Assembly: GCA_963555995.3 (NCBI GenBank)
Contig: OY821641.1
Coordinates: 160,001 to 224,000 of the forward strand
Length of the DNA: 64,000 bases
Direction: 5' to 3'
Origin: Vicinamibacteria bacterium
GTDB lineage: Bacteria; Acidobacteriota; Vicinamibacteria; Marinacidobacterales; Marinacidobacteraceae
In this document: positions 37,984-47,564 of the stretch, in pieces
Position numbering within the stretch: position 1 is the stretch's first letter
Layout of the letters: each line of letters opens with the position of its first letter
Program-made: the position numbers and the translations under genes
The notes under the pieces: model-generated
Databases searched by the model: none
What the model was told of the DNA's origin: nothing
The model's input: the letters and a program-made list of their open reading frames with translations, nothing else

Positions 37984-38622
37984 ATGCCGCGCCCGGCTGC
38001 CCCGAAGATCTACCACATCGTCCATCTGGACCGGCTCGACTCGATCGTTTCGGATGGATGTCTCTGGTCCGATGCGGTGATGGTGAACCGTCCGCAAGTC
38101 GGCACGGGCATCGGAATGACCTCCATCAAGCAGAGTCGGCGGACTCGCCCCTTGAGCAGTCACCCGGGGCTCAACGTCGGCGATTGCGTGCCGTTCTATT
38201 TTTGTCCGCGCTCCGTCATGCTCTACCTGATCCACATGGCGAACTACGATGGCCTCACCTACCGCGGTGGACAGAAGCCGATCCTCCATTTGGAAGCAGA
38301 CCTCCATGAGGTGGTGATTTGGGCGAACGCGCATCAACGGAAATGGGCCTTTACTACTTCCAACGCGGCGTCCGGGTACTTTGCAGACTACGCCGATATG
38401 ACGAAGCTCGACGAGATCGATTGGGAGGCCGTGGAAGCCCACGTGTGGCGGGGTCGCCGCGAAAGCAAGCAGGCAGAGTTTCTCCTTGAGACCTTTTTCC
38501 CGTGGAGTCTGGTTCGCCGCATCGGGGTGCAAAACGGGTCCGTTCACAGGGCCGTGTGCGATACCGTGACGAGCGCCTCTCACCAGCCGCAGGTGGAGAT
38601 CAGGGGCGATTGGTACTATTGA
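37984..38622 (+). CDS. darT: DarT ssDNA ADP-ribosyltransferase toxin (DUF4433)
   Basis: IYHIVH, VPFYFCPRSVMLY, FTTSNA, KQAEFL. Confidence 0.95.
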   Translation: MPRPAAPKIYHIVHLDRLDSIVSDGCLWSDAVMVNRPQVGTGIGMTSIKQSRRTRPLSSHPGLNVGDCVPFYFCPRSVMLYLIHMANYDGLTYRGGQKPILHLEADLHEVVIWANAHQRKWAFTTSNAASGYFADYADMTKLDEIDWEAVEAHVWRGRRESKQAEFLLETFFPWSLVRRIGVQNGSVHRAVCDTVTSASHQPQVEIRGDWYY

Positions 38623-38641
38623 TGCCCGGAGCGCGCTTGAG

Positions 38642-39703
38642 GTGATCCACTTCAAGACGGGGGACATCCTCGCCGAGGACGTCGAAGCCCTGGTCAACAC
38701 GGTGAATTGCGTCGGGGTCATGGGACGCGGAATTGCGCTCCAGTTCAAGAAGCGATTCCCGGACAACTTCCGGGCCTACTCGCAAGCCTGCCGGCGCGAG
38801 GAGGTGCAGCCCGGCCGGATGTTCGTCTTCGAAACCCGCTGCCTCGCCAACCCCCGATACGTCATCAACTTCCCCACGAAGCGGCATTGGCGCGCCAACA
38901 GTCGGCTTGACGACATTGATGCGGGGCTCGTTGACCTCAGCCGGCAGATCCGGGAGCGCGGTATCCGCTCGGTCGCCATCCCGCCTCTCGGTAGTGGCCT
39001 GGGCGGCCTGGACTGGCCTACCGTCCGCTTGCGCATTGAAGAGGCGCTGGGAGGTGTGGAGGACGTGCAGGTTGTCGTCTTCGAGCCTGGCGCGGTGCCC
39101 GCGGCAGATCGGAGGGTGCGTAATCCTCGGGTACCCAAAATGACCGCCGGCCGGGCGGCCCTCGTGGGATTGGTCGATCGCTATCGGAAGGGGCTGCTTG
39201 ACCCGTTCGTGACCCTGCTGGAAGTTCACAAGTTGATGTATTTCATGCAGGTCGCCGGAGAGCCCTTGAGGTTGCGATTCGCCAAAGGGCCTTTCGGTCC
39301 ATACGCGGACAACCTGCGGCACGTCCTGCACAAGGTCGAGGGCCACTTCCTGTCGGGCTACGCCGACGGCGGCGATGCGCCGGACAAACCGCTGGAACTC
39401 GTGCCGGGCGCCGTCGAGCGCGCCGCTGCCGTCCTCGAACGCTTTCCGGAGACCAGAACGCGCTTCGACAGAGTTGCGGAGCTTGTCGAAGGCTTCGAAT
39501 CGCCCTTCGGGCTGGAACTGCTATCGACGGTCCACTGGATCCTTGACCGCGACGGTTCCCCGGGGGCGGAGGATCTCGTTGCGCAGACCTACCGGTGGAA
39601 CGAGCGAAAAAAGCAGTTTTCGCCGCGGCAGATTGCGTTGGCGGCCGAAGTGCTGCGCAGCAAGGGCTGGGTCGCCGGCGCTGCGGCAACTCCGCAGCAC
39701 TGA
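38642..39703 (+). CDS. darG: DarG macrodomain antitoxin
   Basis: LVNTVNCVGVMGRGIALQFK, INFPTKRHW, PPLGSGLGGLDW, GFESPFGLELLSTVHW. Confidence 0.95.
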   Translation: MIHFKTGDILAEDVEALVNTVNCVGVMGRGIALQFKKRFPDNFRAYSQACRREEVQPGRMFVFETRCLANPRYVINFPTKRHWRANSRLDDIDAGLVDLSRQIRERGIRSVAIPPLGSGLGGLDWPTVRLRIEEALGGVEDVQVVVFEPGAVPAADRRVRNPRVPKMTAGRAALVGLVDRYRKGLLDPFVTLLEVHKLMYFMQVAGEPLRLRFAKGPFGPYADNLRHVLHKVEGHFLSGYADGGDAPDKPLELVPGAVERAAAVLERFPETRTRFDRVAELVEGFESPFGLELLSTVHWILDRDGSPGAEDLVAQTYRWNERKKQFSPRQIALAAEVLRSKGWVAGAAATPQH

Positions 39704-39721
39704 CAGGGGTAAGCGGCCGCG

Positions 39722-40444
39722 GTGATGACGGCCGGTAACCTGACGAGGGTCCGCGCGCTGGCCTTCGACGTCTTCGGCACAGTGGTGGACTGGCGTTCCG
39801 GGGTGGTCCAGGAGGGCGAGGCGCTGGGCCGCGCGAAGGGGCTGCGCGTGGACTGGGCCGCCTTCGCGGAGGCGTGGCGGGACCGCTACCACCCCGCCAT
39901 GGACCGCGTGCGGCGGGGAGAGCTTCCCTGGAAGAGCATGGACGAGCTGCACCGGATGAACCTGGACGACGTGCTGGAGCGATTCGGGGTCGAGGGCCTC
40001 AGCGAACCCGAGAAGGAGGACTTCAACGGCGTCTGGCACCGGCTCGATCCGTGGCCCGACGCGGTGGCGGGCCTCAGGAGGCTGAAGGCGAAGTTCACGG
40101 TGACGACGCTGTCGAACGGGAACGTGGCGCTGCTGGTGAACATGGCCAAGCGCGCCGGGCTTCCCTGGGACCTCGTGCTCTCCTCGGAGCTGATCGGCCA
40201 CTACAAGCCGGCCCCGGAGGTCTATCGGAAGGCGGCTGGCCTGCTCGGGCTGGCGCCGGGCGAGGTGATGATGGTCGCGGCGCACAAGTACGACCTGAGG
40301 GCGGCGGCTGAAGCGGGCCTGCGGACGGGGTTCGTCCCCCGGCCGGAAGAGTGGCCGAACCGCCGGGTTGATCTTTCGTACGAGGACGCGTTCGATGTCA
40401 ACGCGCGGGATTTCCTCGACCTGGCCGAGCAACTCGGAGCGTGA
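39722..40444 (+). CDS. Haloacid dehalogenase, type II
   Basis: FDVFGTVVDW, LSNGN, YKPAPEVY, MVAAHKYDL. Confidence 0.93.
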   Translation: MMTAGNLTRVRALAFDVFGTVVDWRSGVVQEGEALGRAKGLRVDWAAFAEAWRDRYHPAMDRVRRGELPWKSMDELHRMNLDDVLERFGVEGLSEPEKEDFNGVWHRLDPWPDAVAGLRRLKAKFTVTTLSNGNVALLVNMAKRAGLPWDLVLSSELIGHYKPAPEVYRKAAGLLGLAPGEVMMVAAHKYDLRAAAEAGLRTGFVPRPEEWPNRRVDLSYEDAFDVNARDFLDLAEQLGA

Positions 40445-40456
40445 TGGCGCACTGGC

Positions 40457-40652
40457 CTGGAGCGCCGGCTTCAGCCGGCACGCGCTGCGCAACAGCGCAG
40501 CGCACGGCGCGACGTTGACGTGCGGGGTGGCTCTTTTTCTGCGCCGACGTGAACTGACCGGACGTTCCGGTAGTGGCGTCCCGCAACGCCGAACCGCGAC
40601 ACGTCGCCCGCGGGCCTGCGGCCCGCTGTGCCGGCTGAAGCCGGCGCTCCAA
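40457..40652. repeat. Inverted pair of REP-like hairpins
   Basis: TGGAGCGCCGGCTTCAGCCGGCAC ... GTGCCGGCTGAAGCCGGCGCTCCA. Confidence 0.85.
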
Positions 40653-40701
40653 GCCGGGTGCGCCATCCGGCCGGCCGGAGGCCGGCGCTCCTCCGTTCGG
40701 G

Positions 40702-42096
40702 CTATCGGGAGTGGATGAGGAGAAGTTCTGTCTGGAAGGGGATCAGCTCCTCAAGTCCATCAGGTCCCACCACCGCGATCTCCTCGTAGCGGGCCGACCA
40801 CTTCTTCCCGTTCCACTCGGGGATGGGCACGCCGACGTGGAACTCCATGGCGACGAACTCGCCTTCCACCAGCGGGAACCGCACCCGGTCCCCGTAGGCG
40901 AAGGGCAGGTCGGGGGCGACCCGGGCGCCGATGTCGTGGAGGTCGTTCCCCAGCGAGTGTCCGTAGAGCGCGATCTCGTGTTCGGGGCCGACGTTCCCGA
41001 CGCTGGGGTCGGTCCGGGTGTCCCGGACGTAGCCGTCGCGTAACGCCTCTTCGATGATCGCCTCGTAGATCTCGTGCCCGATGGCGCCCGGGACCATCTT
41101 GCTCGCGTAGAGGCGCGAGGTCTGGATCACCTCCGCCCAAGCGTTCCGGATGCTCTCCGGCGGCTCGGTCTCTCCGGGGGCGAGGACGTAGGCGGTCCGC
41201 TTCATGTCGCTCTCGAACTGGAGGTAGAAGAGTCCCGCGTCCACCGCCACGATGTCGCCGGGCTGGATGGGGATGTCCGCCGCGTGGCGCGGCAGCAGGT
41301 CGCCCTCCCGGACCACCCGGACGGTCTGGAAACTCCCCATCCCCAGTGCCAGCGCCTGGTCCTCGAACCAGCCGGCCATTTCGAGGGCGGTGGTCTCCCC
41401 GGGGATGACGTGGGGTCCGGTCAGCCCTTCGGTCTCCCAGCGCGCCGTCCATTCGGTGAGCTGTCGGTAGAGGTCCCGCTCGAGCGGTGTGCGCAGGTTG
41501 CGGAAGTCCCGGATCAGGAGTTCCGCGGAGACGAGGCGGTCGGAATAGGGGCTGCCGATCGCCTCCACCAGGACCTCCCGGAAGGCGACCGTGAGACCGT
41601 CGGCCTCGGGAAGCGTCCTTGACGTGTTGATCCCGATGCGCTGGGGATCGCGGCTATGGACGGCTTCCCGGAGGTGGGGCGTGATCCCCTCCGCGCTGTA
41701 GCCGTAGTAGACCTTCTCGTCGTAGACCTGCTCGATCACGGAGTCTCCCGGCTGGACGTGGGAGCCCAGGTAGATCTTCTCGGGCTCCGCGCCGCCCGAG
41801 TCGAAGAAGATGTAGGCGGAGCGCACCCCGGCGAAACCGCCGCCGATCTCGTCGTGGAGCGGGTCCGGGTGGTTTTCCCGGTCGAGCACGATCCACATGT
41901 CAATCCCGTGCGTCCGCATCGCCGGAAGCAGCGCGGTGCGCAGTTTCTCCTCGACGATCGCGGTCTTGATCCGCGCCCGTTCGAGAGCTCCGGGCACGCC
42001 GTAGCCGGAATCGTCCGGCGAGTCCGGCGGTGGAGACGCCGCCGGGGTGCAGCCAGCGGCGAGCAGGACGGGAAGAACGACAGGGATCAGGCGCAC
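40702..42096 (-). CDS. M24-family lipoprotein, paralog of 36519..37946
   Basis: LAAGC lipobox; shared blocks such as TALLPAMR.HGIDMWIV, TLPEADGLTV, PFAYGDRVRFPL; GTG start inferred. Confidence 0.8.
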   Translation of the reverse strand: MRLIPVVLPVLLAAGCTPAASPPPDSPDDSGYGVPGALERARIKTAIVEEKLRTALLPAMRTHGIDMWIVLDRENHPDPLHDEIGGGFAGVRSAYIFFDSGGAEPEKIYLGSHVQPGDSVIEQVYDEKVYYGYSAEGITPHLREAVHSRDPQRIGINTSRTLPEADGLTVAFREVLVEAIGSPYSDRLVSAELLIRDFRNLRTPLERDLYRQLTEWTARWETEGLTGPHVIPGETTALEMAGWFEDQALALGMGSFQTVRVVREGDLLPRHAADIPIQPGDIVAVDAGLFYLQFESDMKRTAYVLAPGETEPPESIRNAWAEVIQTSRLYASKMVPGAIGHEIYEAIIEEALRDGYVRDTRTDPSVGNVGPEHEIALYGHSLGNDLHDIGARVAPDLPFAYGDRVRFPLVEGEFVAMEFHVGVPIPEWNGKKWSARYEEIAVVGPDGLEELIPFQTELLLIHSR

Positions 42097-42166
42097 GGGA
42101 TGTACCTCGCTGGGTTGGCCGGGGCGGCGCCGCGTGGGTCCGCCCCGGCTGCTGGGGTTCAGTAGA

Positions 42167-45049
42167 TCAGAAACGCAGCTTCGCACCGATCCGGAAGATC
42201 CGCGGCGGCACGAACGCCAGGACCCGCCCGAAGGCGCCTCCGGAGAGGCTCTGCGTGTTCGTGATCGTGTTGATGTTCAGCGCGTTGAACACGTCGAACT
42301 GGAGCGACAGCGTCCCCAGGTCGCCCAGCCCCAGGTCGTAGGCGGCCCTGAGGTCCAGCACGTTGGCGGCGTCCCAGTTCTCACCGTTGCGTTCCCCCGC
42401 GAAGGCCCGCACGTTGCCCTGGTTGAGCCGGCGGCCGAGGGCGGCCTGCGCGTTCACCGTGCGGGTGAAGTTGTTGCCGCTGATGTACTGGTAGAAGCCG
42501 CTCAGGGTCAGCCCGAAGTCGGCCTGGTAGGTCCCGAGCACCTTCATCAGAAGCGGCGTGGAGTTCGCGACCCGGGTGCCGTCCACGAGTTCCGGATTGT
42601 TCAGCGGGAACTGCGGCTGGCCGCCCAGCCGCCCGCGGTCGTCGGGCACCGCGCGGTCCACGTTGTCGTAGGCGCCGGGGCCGTAGTTCTCCGACTGCTC
42701 GCCGATGGTGATCGAGCCCATGAACTGCCAGTTCGAGGCGAGCCGGCGGTGCAGGTTGAACTCGAAGCCGCGGTACTCGTGCTCGAACCCGGCGCGGGTG
42801 GTGAGGAAGTTGGGCGAGAGCCCGGTCTTCGAGGCGTCGAGCTCGTAGAAGGTGATCGCCCCGCCGTCGTCGCCGGTGCCGAGCGCCCCGTCCGGTCCCG
42901 GGTCGGTGCCGGTCACCGCGGTGTAGTCGGCCGCCGAGATGCCGGTGTTCGTGATCTGGGTGATGTCCCGGTCCCGCCGCCACATGACGGTGGCGCTCGC
43001 CGAGACGTTCGCCGCCACCTCGCGGGTTAGCCCGACCGTGAACTCGTCGGTGTAGGTCGGGTCGAGGTTCCCGTCGATCGTCACCGGGTTCGCGCCGGCG
43101 TCGAACACGCTGAGCACCGGGCCGGCCTCGTCAATCGTGAAGTTCCGGTCACCGTTCAGGTCGTTCCACTCGTGCTTCCGGTTCCGGTCCCCGGCCACGC
43201 TGGCCAACTGCACCCGGTCGAGCCAGAGCACCCAGTAATAGCGGCCGTAGCTCGCCTTGAAGAGCGTCCGGGCGTCTCCGGTCAGGTCGAAGACCATCCC
43301 GAGGCGGGGCGAAATCGTGTTCCAGACGATGAGGTTCCCGGTGCCCTCCTGCGAGACGGGATCCAGGTAGGCGCTGGCGGGCGCGGTGACCTGGTCGAGC
43401 GAGTTCGCCTGCCAGTCCCAGCGGGCGCCGAGGTTCAGGCGCAACTGGTTGTTCACCGCCCAGGAGTCCTGGAGGAAGGCGGACCGCTGCGGCCCGGTCG
43501 CCGCGACCGCCCCGGACGCCCAGAGGATGACCTCCGACGGCTCGCCCTCGAAGAAGTGGAGGCGGTGGTCGGCGGGATAGGTGTTCCGGGCCACCCCGCC
43601 GCCCTGGTTCCCGAAGGCGCGGATCTGGCCGATCTCGAAGCCGGCCTTGATGTCGTGGTCGCCGCCCCAGTCGGTGCGGTACCAGGACACGGTGGTGGCC
43701 ACGTTCCGGAGGTTCTTGTGGACCCCGAGTTCGAGCGGCGGGGCGTCCGACCACTGGCCGGTGGCGAGATCGAGCCGCGCCGGAGTGTTCGCGACGTCCA
43801 CTTCGGGCTGGGCTCGGAGTTCGAAGCCCTGGTCCATCACGTTCGCCTTGAAGGCGACCAGCACGTTCGGGCTGGGAGTCCAGTCGTCGCGGAAGGTGAA
43901 GAGCCGCGCGATGGGCGCCCCCTGCTGGTTCCAGGTGGTGGGCAGCGGACGCAGCGAACTCAGCGAGCGGTTGAACCGCTTCTTCTGCGCCATGTTGAAG
44001 TAGACCGAGAAGTTGTGGTTCTGGTTGATGGCCCAGTTGATCTTGGCCGACGGGTACCAGAGCACCGTCTCGTCGATCGGGAAGCTCCCGTCCGGGTTCT
44101 GGGTGCCGGTGACGAACTTCTGGACGACCTGGTGCCGGTGGCCGGCCCACCACCAGAGCTTGTCCTCGATGAGCGGGCCGCCGACCTCGGCGCCCACGTC
44201 GAGATACTGGTTCAGGTTGCTCGCCCGGTCCACGCCGAGGCTCATGAGGTTGCTGTCCACGTTGTCGGACTGCATCCCCTCGTTTCCGAAGTAGAGGCTG
44301 GTGGTGCCGCTGAAGTTGTTCGAGCCGGACTTCGGCACGATGTTCATCACCATGCCCGGCGTCTGCACCTCGGCGCTGTGGGAGCTGACCTCGATCTGCA
44401 TCTCCTCGAAGGAGTCCACGTCGAAGTAGAACTGCGAGCCGCCGTTCGACTGGTTGTCGGTGACGTTCGCGCCGTTCAGGACGTAGATGTTCTGGCCCGG
44501 GAAGACCCCGTGGCCCCGGAAAGCGAGCTGGTTTCCGGTCTCCGTGCCCCCGACGTTGATCCGGTTCGTGGTCACGCCGGGCACCTGCGAGACCATGGCC
44601 CACGGGTCGCGCGCGTTCGGGACGTTCTCCATCACCTCCTCGGTGAAGTTGAAGGCCACGTCGGTGGCCTGCGTCTCGATGACGGGGGCCTCACCGGTGA
44701 CGGTGACGGTCTCCTCGAGCGCCGCGACGCTCAGCTCGGCATTCAGGGTGAAGGTGGTGTCCGTCGAGATGCGGACGCCCTCATAGACCTGCTCGCCGAA
44801 CCCGCTGAGCGCGAAGGACACCTGGTACACGCCGGGCGGAATGTTCGCGAGGCGGTAGGCCCCGTTCCCGGCGGTCACGGCGCTCCGGGATCCGCCGAGG
44901 ATGTTGTCCCCGGAGATCGTCACGGTGGCCCCGGGAAGCACGCCCGCCGAGGCGTCGGTGACCCGGCCCTGCAGGGCGCCCGTAATCTCCTGGGCGGCGA
45001 GCGTGGAGGAAAGGAGCAAGGCTCCAGACAAGAGAAGAAGACGACGCAT
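42167..45049 (-). CDS. TonB-dependent (Oar-like) outer membrane receptor
   Basis: Signal peptide, GRVTDASAGVLPGATV, EETVTVTGE, LNLGARWD, FNALN, terminal LRF. Confidence 0.92.
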   Translation of the reverse strand: MRRLLLLSGALLLSSTLAAQEITGALQGRVTDASAGVLPGATVTISGDNILGGSRSAVTAGNGAYRLANIPPGVYQVSFALSGFGEQVYEGVRISTDTTFTLNAELSVAALEETVTVTGEAPVIETQATDVAFNFTEEVMENVPNARDPWAMVSQVPGVTTNRINVGGTETGNQLAFRGHGVFPGQNIYVLNGANVTDNQSNGGSQFYFDVDSFEEMQIEVSSHSAEVQTPGMVMNIVPKSGSNNFSGTTSLYFGNEGMQSDNVDSNLMSLGVDRASNLNQYLDVGAEVGGPLIEDKLWWWAGHRHQVVQKFVTGTQNPDGSFPIDETVLWYPSAKINWAINQNHNFSVYFNMAQKKRFNRSLSSLRPLPTTWNQQGAPIARLFTFRDDWTPSPNVLVAFKANVMDQGFELRAQPEVDVANTPARLDLATGQWSDAPPLELGVHKNLRNVATTVSWYRTDWGGDHDIKAGFEIGQIRAFGNQGGGVARNTYPADHRLHFFEGEPSEVILWASGAVAATGPQRSAFLQDSWAVNNQLRLNLGARWDWQANSLDQVTAPASAYLDPVSQEGTGNLIVWNTISPRLGMVFDLTGDARTLFKASYGRYYWVLWLDRVQLASVAGDRNRKHEWNDLNGDRNFTIDEAGPVLSVFDAGANPVTIDGNLDPTYTDEFTVGLTREVAANVSASATVMWRRDRDITQITNTGISAADYTAVTGTDPGPDGALGTGDDGGAITFYELDASKTGLSPNFLTTRAGFEHEYRGFEFNLHRRLASNWQFMGSITIGEQSENYGPGAYDNVDRAVPDDRGRLGGQPQFPLNNPELVDGTRVANSTPLLMKVLGTYQADFGLTLSGFYQYISGNNFTRTVNAQAALGRRLNQGNVRAFAGERNGENWDAANVLDLRAAYDLGLGDLGTLSLQFDVFNALNINTITNTQSLSGGAFGRVLAFVPPRIFRIGAKLRF

Positions 45050-45150
45050 GGGAACCTCCCGCAAGGCTCTGAGCTACGGGCGCCAGAAAATCCGACCCCT
45101 TCGGTCGGATATATCAGATCGGCGGGGCCGGCTTCAAGTGCGGAAACATC

Positions 45151-45260
45151 TGGGACCGTCGGCCTTCAGGCCGGCACGCGGCCCGCAGGGCCGCGGCGCG
45201 GCTGGCTGAACCGCGTGGGTGACGGATACGGCTTGGAACGCCGGTCTCCAGACCGGCACC
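45151..45260. repeat. Two REP-like hairpins in direct orientation
   Basis: GTCGGCCTTCAGGCCGGCAC and GGAACGCCGGTCTCCAGACCGGCAC. Confidence 0.7.
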
Positions 45261-45335
45261 CGCTCCGCGGAGCGGAGCGGAACCGAACCCCGCTCCGTGC
45301 CTGACGGCAGAAACGGCCTGGTTTCCGGCCGTCAG

Positions 45336-46700
45336 CTACTCCGGTCGTGGCATTGCTGCCTGGAGCCGCAGCAGAAAGTCCGCGTTCGGCGGTGACCCCA
45401 ACCTCTCCGCCGCGTCAACGTGGTCCCAGGCGCCGGCGAACTCCCCCTCCGCCGCCAGCACGATGGCAAGGTCGCGGTGCACCGGGCCGTCCTGCGGATC
45501 GTGTTCCAGCACCGCGCGGAAGTGCCGGATGGCGGCTACGTTCTCTCCCCGGTATGCGAAGAGCCCGCCCAGGGTGCGGTTGGCGTCCGGGTCCGCCGGG
45601 TTGTGTTCCAGCGCGCGGAGCAGGTGTTCCATCGCCGCGTCGCGCCGGCCGACCATGAGGAGCGCGCTGCCCAGGTTCACCCGCGCCGCGACGTGGTCCG
45701 GGCGCGCTGCCAGTGCTTCCCGGTAGCGCGTCGCGGCCTCCCCGAAGCGCCGGGTGCGCGCGTAGAGGTTGCCGAAGTTGTAGAGGATGTCCGGGTCGCC
45801 GGGACGCAGCGCGAGCAGGCGTTCGTAGATCGCCTCGGCCGCCCCGAACTCCCCGGCCGCTTCGGCGCGCAGCGCGCGCTGCTGGGCGCCCCGCGCGGAT
45901 ACCGCCTCGTCCCAGACCTCGGTCAGCACCGGATCGTCCACCGGGACCAGGTCGGGCAACTCACGGGACGCCGCTGCCGCCGCCCGCGCCGCCTCGGGTT
46001 CGTCCTGCCGCGCGTAGAGGCGGGCGAGTTCCGCCCGCACGGGCCCGGACCGGGGCGCGAGCGCGGCGGCCCGTTCGAGATGCTCCCGCGCCAGGCCGAG
46101 TTCGCCGTCCCGCAGGAGCAGGCGTCCGATGCCCAGCTCGGCCACAGCCGAGTCCGGCGCGGTCTCGAGCGCCCGGCGGTAGCGGTCCATCGCCGCTTCC
46201 GCGTCTCCGGCGCCCTCCAGCAGCTCCGCGGCCAGCAGGTGGACGGGCGCGTAGCCGGGGTTCAGCTCCGCCGCGCGGCCGGCGGCAGTGAGCGCGTCCT
46301 CCGGCCGGATGTTCCTCAGAACGGCGGCTCGCAGGTAGGGCCAGCGGAAGTCCGCGGGGTCGAGCTCCTCCGCCCGGAGATACACCGTCTCCGCCTCGGG
46401 CTCGAGACCGTGGGCGTGGAACGTCCTCCCGAGCGATCCCCAGGCTTCGGCGGACCCGGGGGCGTCCTCGACGAGGCGCCGCTCCCGGGCGATCTTTTCC
46501 CGCACCGGCGGTTCCATTGCCGCGGTGTCGGGATCCGGAATCGGGACCGGCGGCTCCGGCTGCGCGACCGCCGCGGAGGCCGCCGCAATGCTCAATGCCG
46601 CCGCAAGTCCGGCACTCCGGCCCCGGCGCGCCTTGCCCCGGCGCCCGTGGGACCGAACAGGAAAAAGGATTCGCTTAGCGCATCCACGAAATGTGGACAT
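45336..46700 (-). CDS. Exported TPR-repeat protein
   Basis: Repeated A..Y..AL...P TPR pattern; signal-like AAVAQ segment; start uncertain. Confidence 0.82.
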   Translation of the reverse strand: MSTFRGCAKRILFPVRSHGRRGKARRGRSAGLAAALSIAAASAAVAQPEPPVPIPDPDTAAMEPPVREKIARERRLVEDAPGSAEAWGSLGRTFHAHGLEPEAETVYLRAEELDPADFRWPYLRAAVLRNIRPEDALTAAGRAAELNPGYAPVHLLAAELLEGAGDAEAAMDRYRRALETAPDSAVAELGIGRLLLRDGELGLAREHLERAAALAPRSGPVRAELARLYARQDEPEAARAAAAASRELPDLVPVDDPVLTEVWDEAVSARGAQQRALRAEAAGEFGAAEAIYERLLALRPGDPDILYNFGNLYARTRRFGEAATRYREALAARPDHVAARVNLGSALLMVGRRDAAMEHLLRALEHNPADPDANRTLGGLFAYRGENVAAIRHFRAVLEHDPQDGPVHRDLAIVLAAEGEFAGAWDHVDAAERLGSPPNADFLLRLQAAMPRPE

Positions 46701-46869
46701 ATCAATGCCGATATTCCAGGAAAATTGCGATCCTGCATCACATTTTTCCATGTTCCATTCCCCGAGGCCGGAAGTCCGGAATCGTGAGGAGCTGCCGCGC
46801 ACCAGTGGGTGGGTCCTCGGGAAACTGCGGTCCCGTGCGTTCTCCAAGAGCCGTGAGGGCGCCGCCGGT

Positions 46870-47029
46870 TTGGAACGCCGGCTTCAGCCGGCACCCGCTG
46901 CGCGAAGCGCAGCGCGCGGCACGACGCTGAACTGCCCGATGACGCTCGGCTCGCGGTCCATCACCGCGAATAGCGGCACGACATCCGCGGTCCTTCGGCC
47001 CGCGGTGCCGGCTGAAGCCGGCGTTCCAA
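46870..47029. repeat. Inverted pair of REP-like hairpins (further single unit at about 47101-47126)
   Basis: TTGGAACGCCGGCTTCAGCCGGCAC ... GTGCCGGCTGAAGCCGGCGTTCCAA. Confidence 0.85.
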
Positions 47030-47226
47030 GCCGTTTCGGCAACTTCATGACGGGCGGGGTGTGCAGGAGGACCGATCATGGGCGTTTCGCGCTCTCGCGC
47101 GATGCCGACCAGAGGTCGGCGCTCCGGGGCCGCGCGCTCGTCCTCGTCTCGATATCGGAGGTCAACAGCCCGTGGCGAAACCCACGCGGCGTTCGAGCGG
47201 CGATGCATCCCGTCTGAACTGCGGCT

Positions 47227-47277
47227 CTACGAGGCGCTCATGATGCGCGAGGCGGCGCTGGTATCGAGGAGCAGCAT
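47227..47277 (-). pseudogene. Truncated VapC/PIN start
   Basis: TGATG-coupled MLLLDTSAASRIMSAS then stop. Confidence 0.55.
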
Positions 47278-47543
47278 CAGAACAGCGGTCTCGTTCGACT
47301 CCGGCGCGTGGCGCGCATGGCCTCATCGAAGTCGTCGCCGGCCTCCTGAAGCGCCTCGAGTTCGGCGGCGGTCAGGTGGTCGTTCGAGAAGAACCCCTGG
47401 GGCCAGGTCGTCGTCTCGGCGGCGGTCCGGCGACAGGACTCCACGATCACGCGGTTCCGGCTGACCCCCTGCTCTGCGGCGATGCGGTCCAGGCTGGCGA
47501 GCAGCGACGGGGGGAAGTGAACGCTCGTGTTCGGCATGAACAT
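47277..47543 (-). CDS. CopG/RHH antitoxin-like protein
   Basis: TSVHFPPSLLASLDRIAAEQGVSRNRVI; WPQGFF. Confidence 0.8.
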   Translation of the reverse strand: MFMPNTSVHFPPSLLASLDRIAAEQGVSRNRVIVESCRRTAAETTTWPQGFFSNDHLTAAELEALQEAGDDFDEAMRATRRSRTRPLF

Positions 47544-47564
47544 AGCCTGACAGGTTGGAACCTC

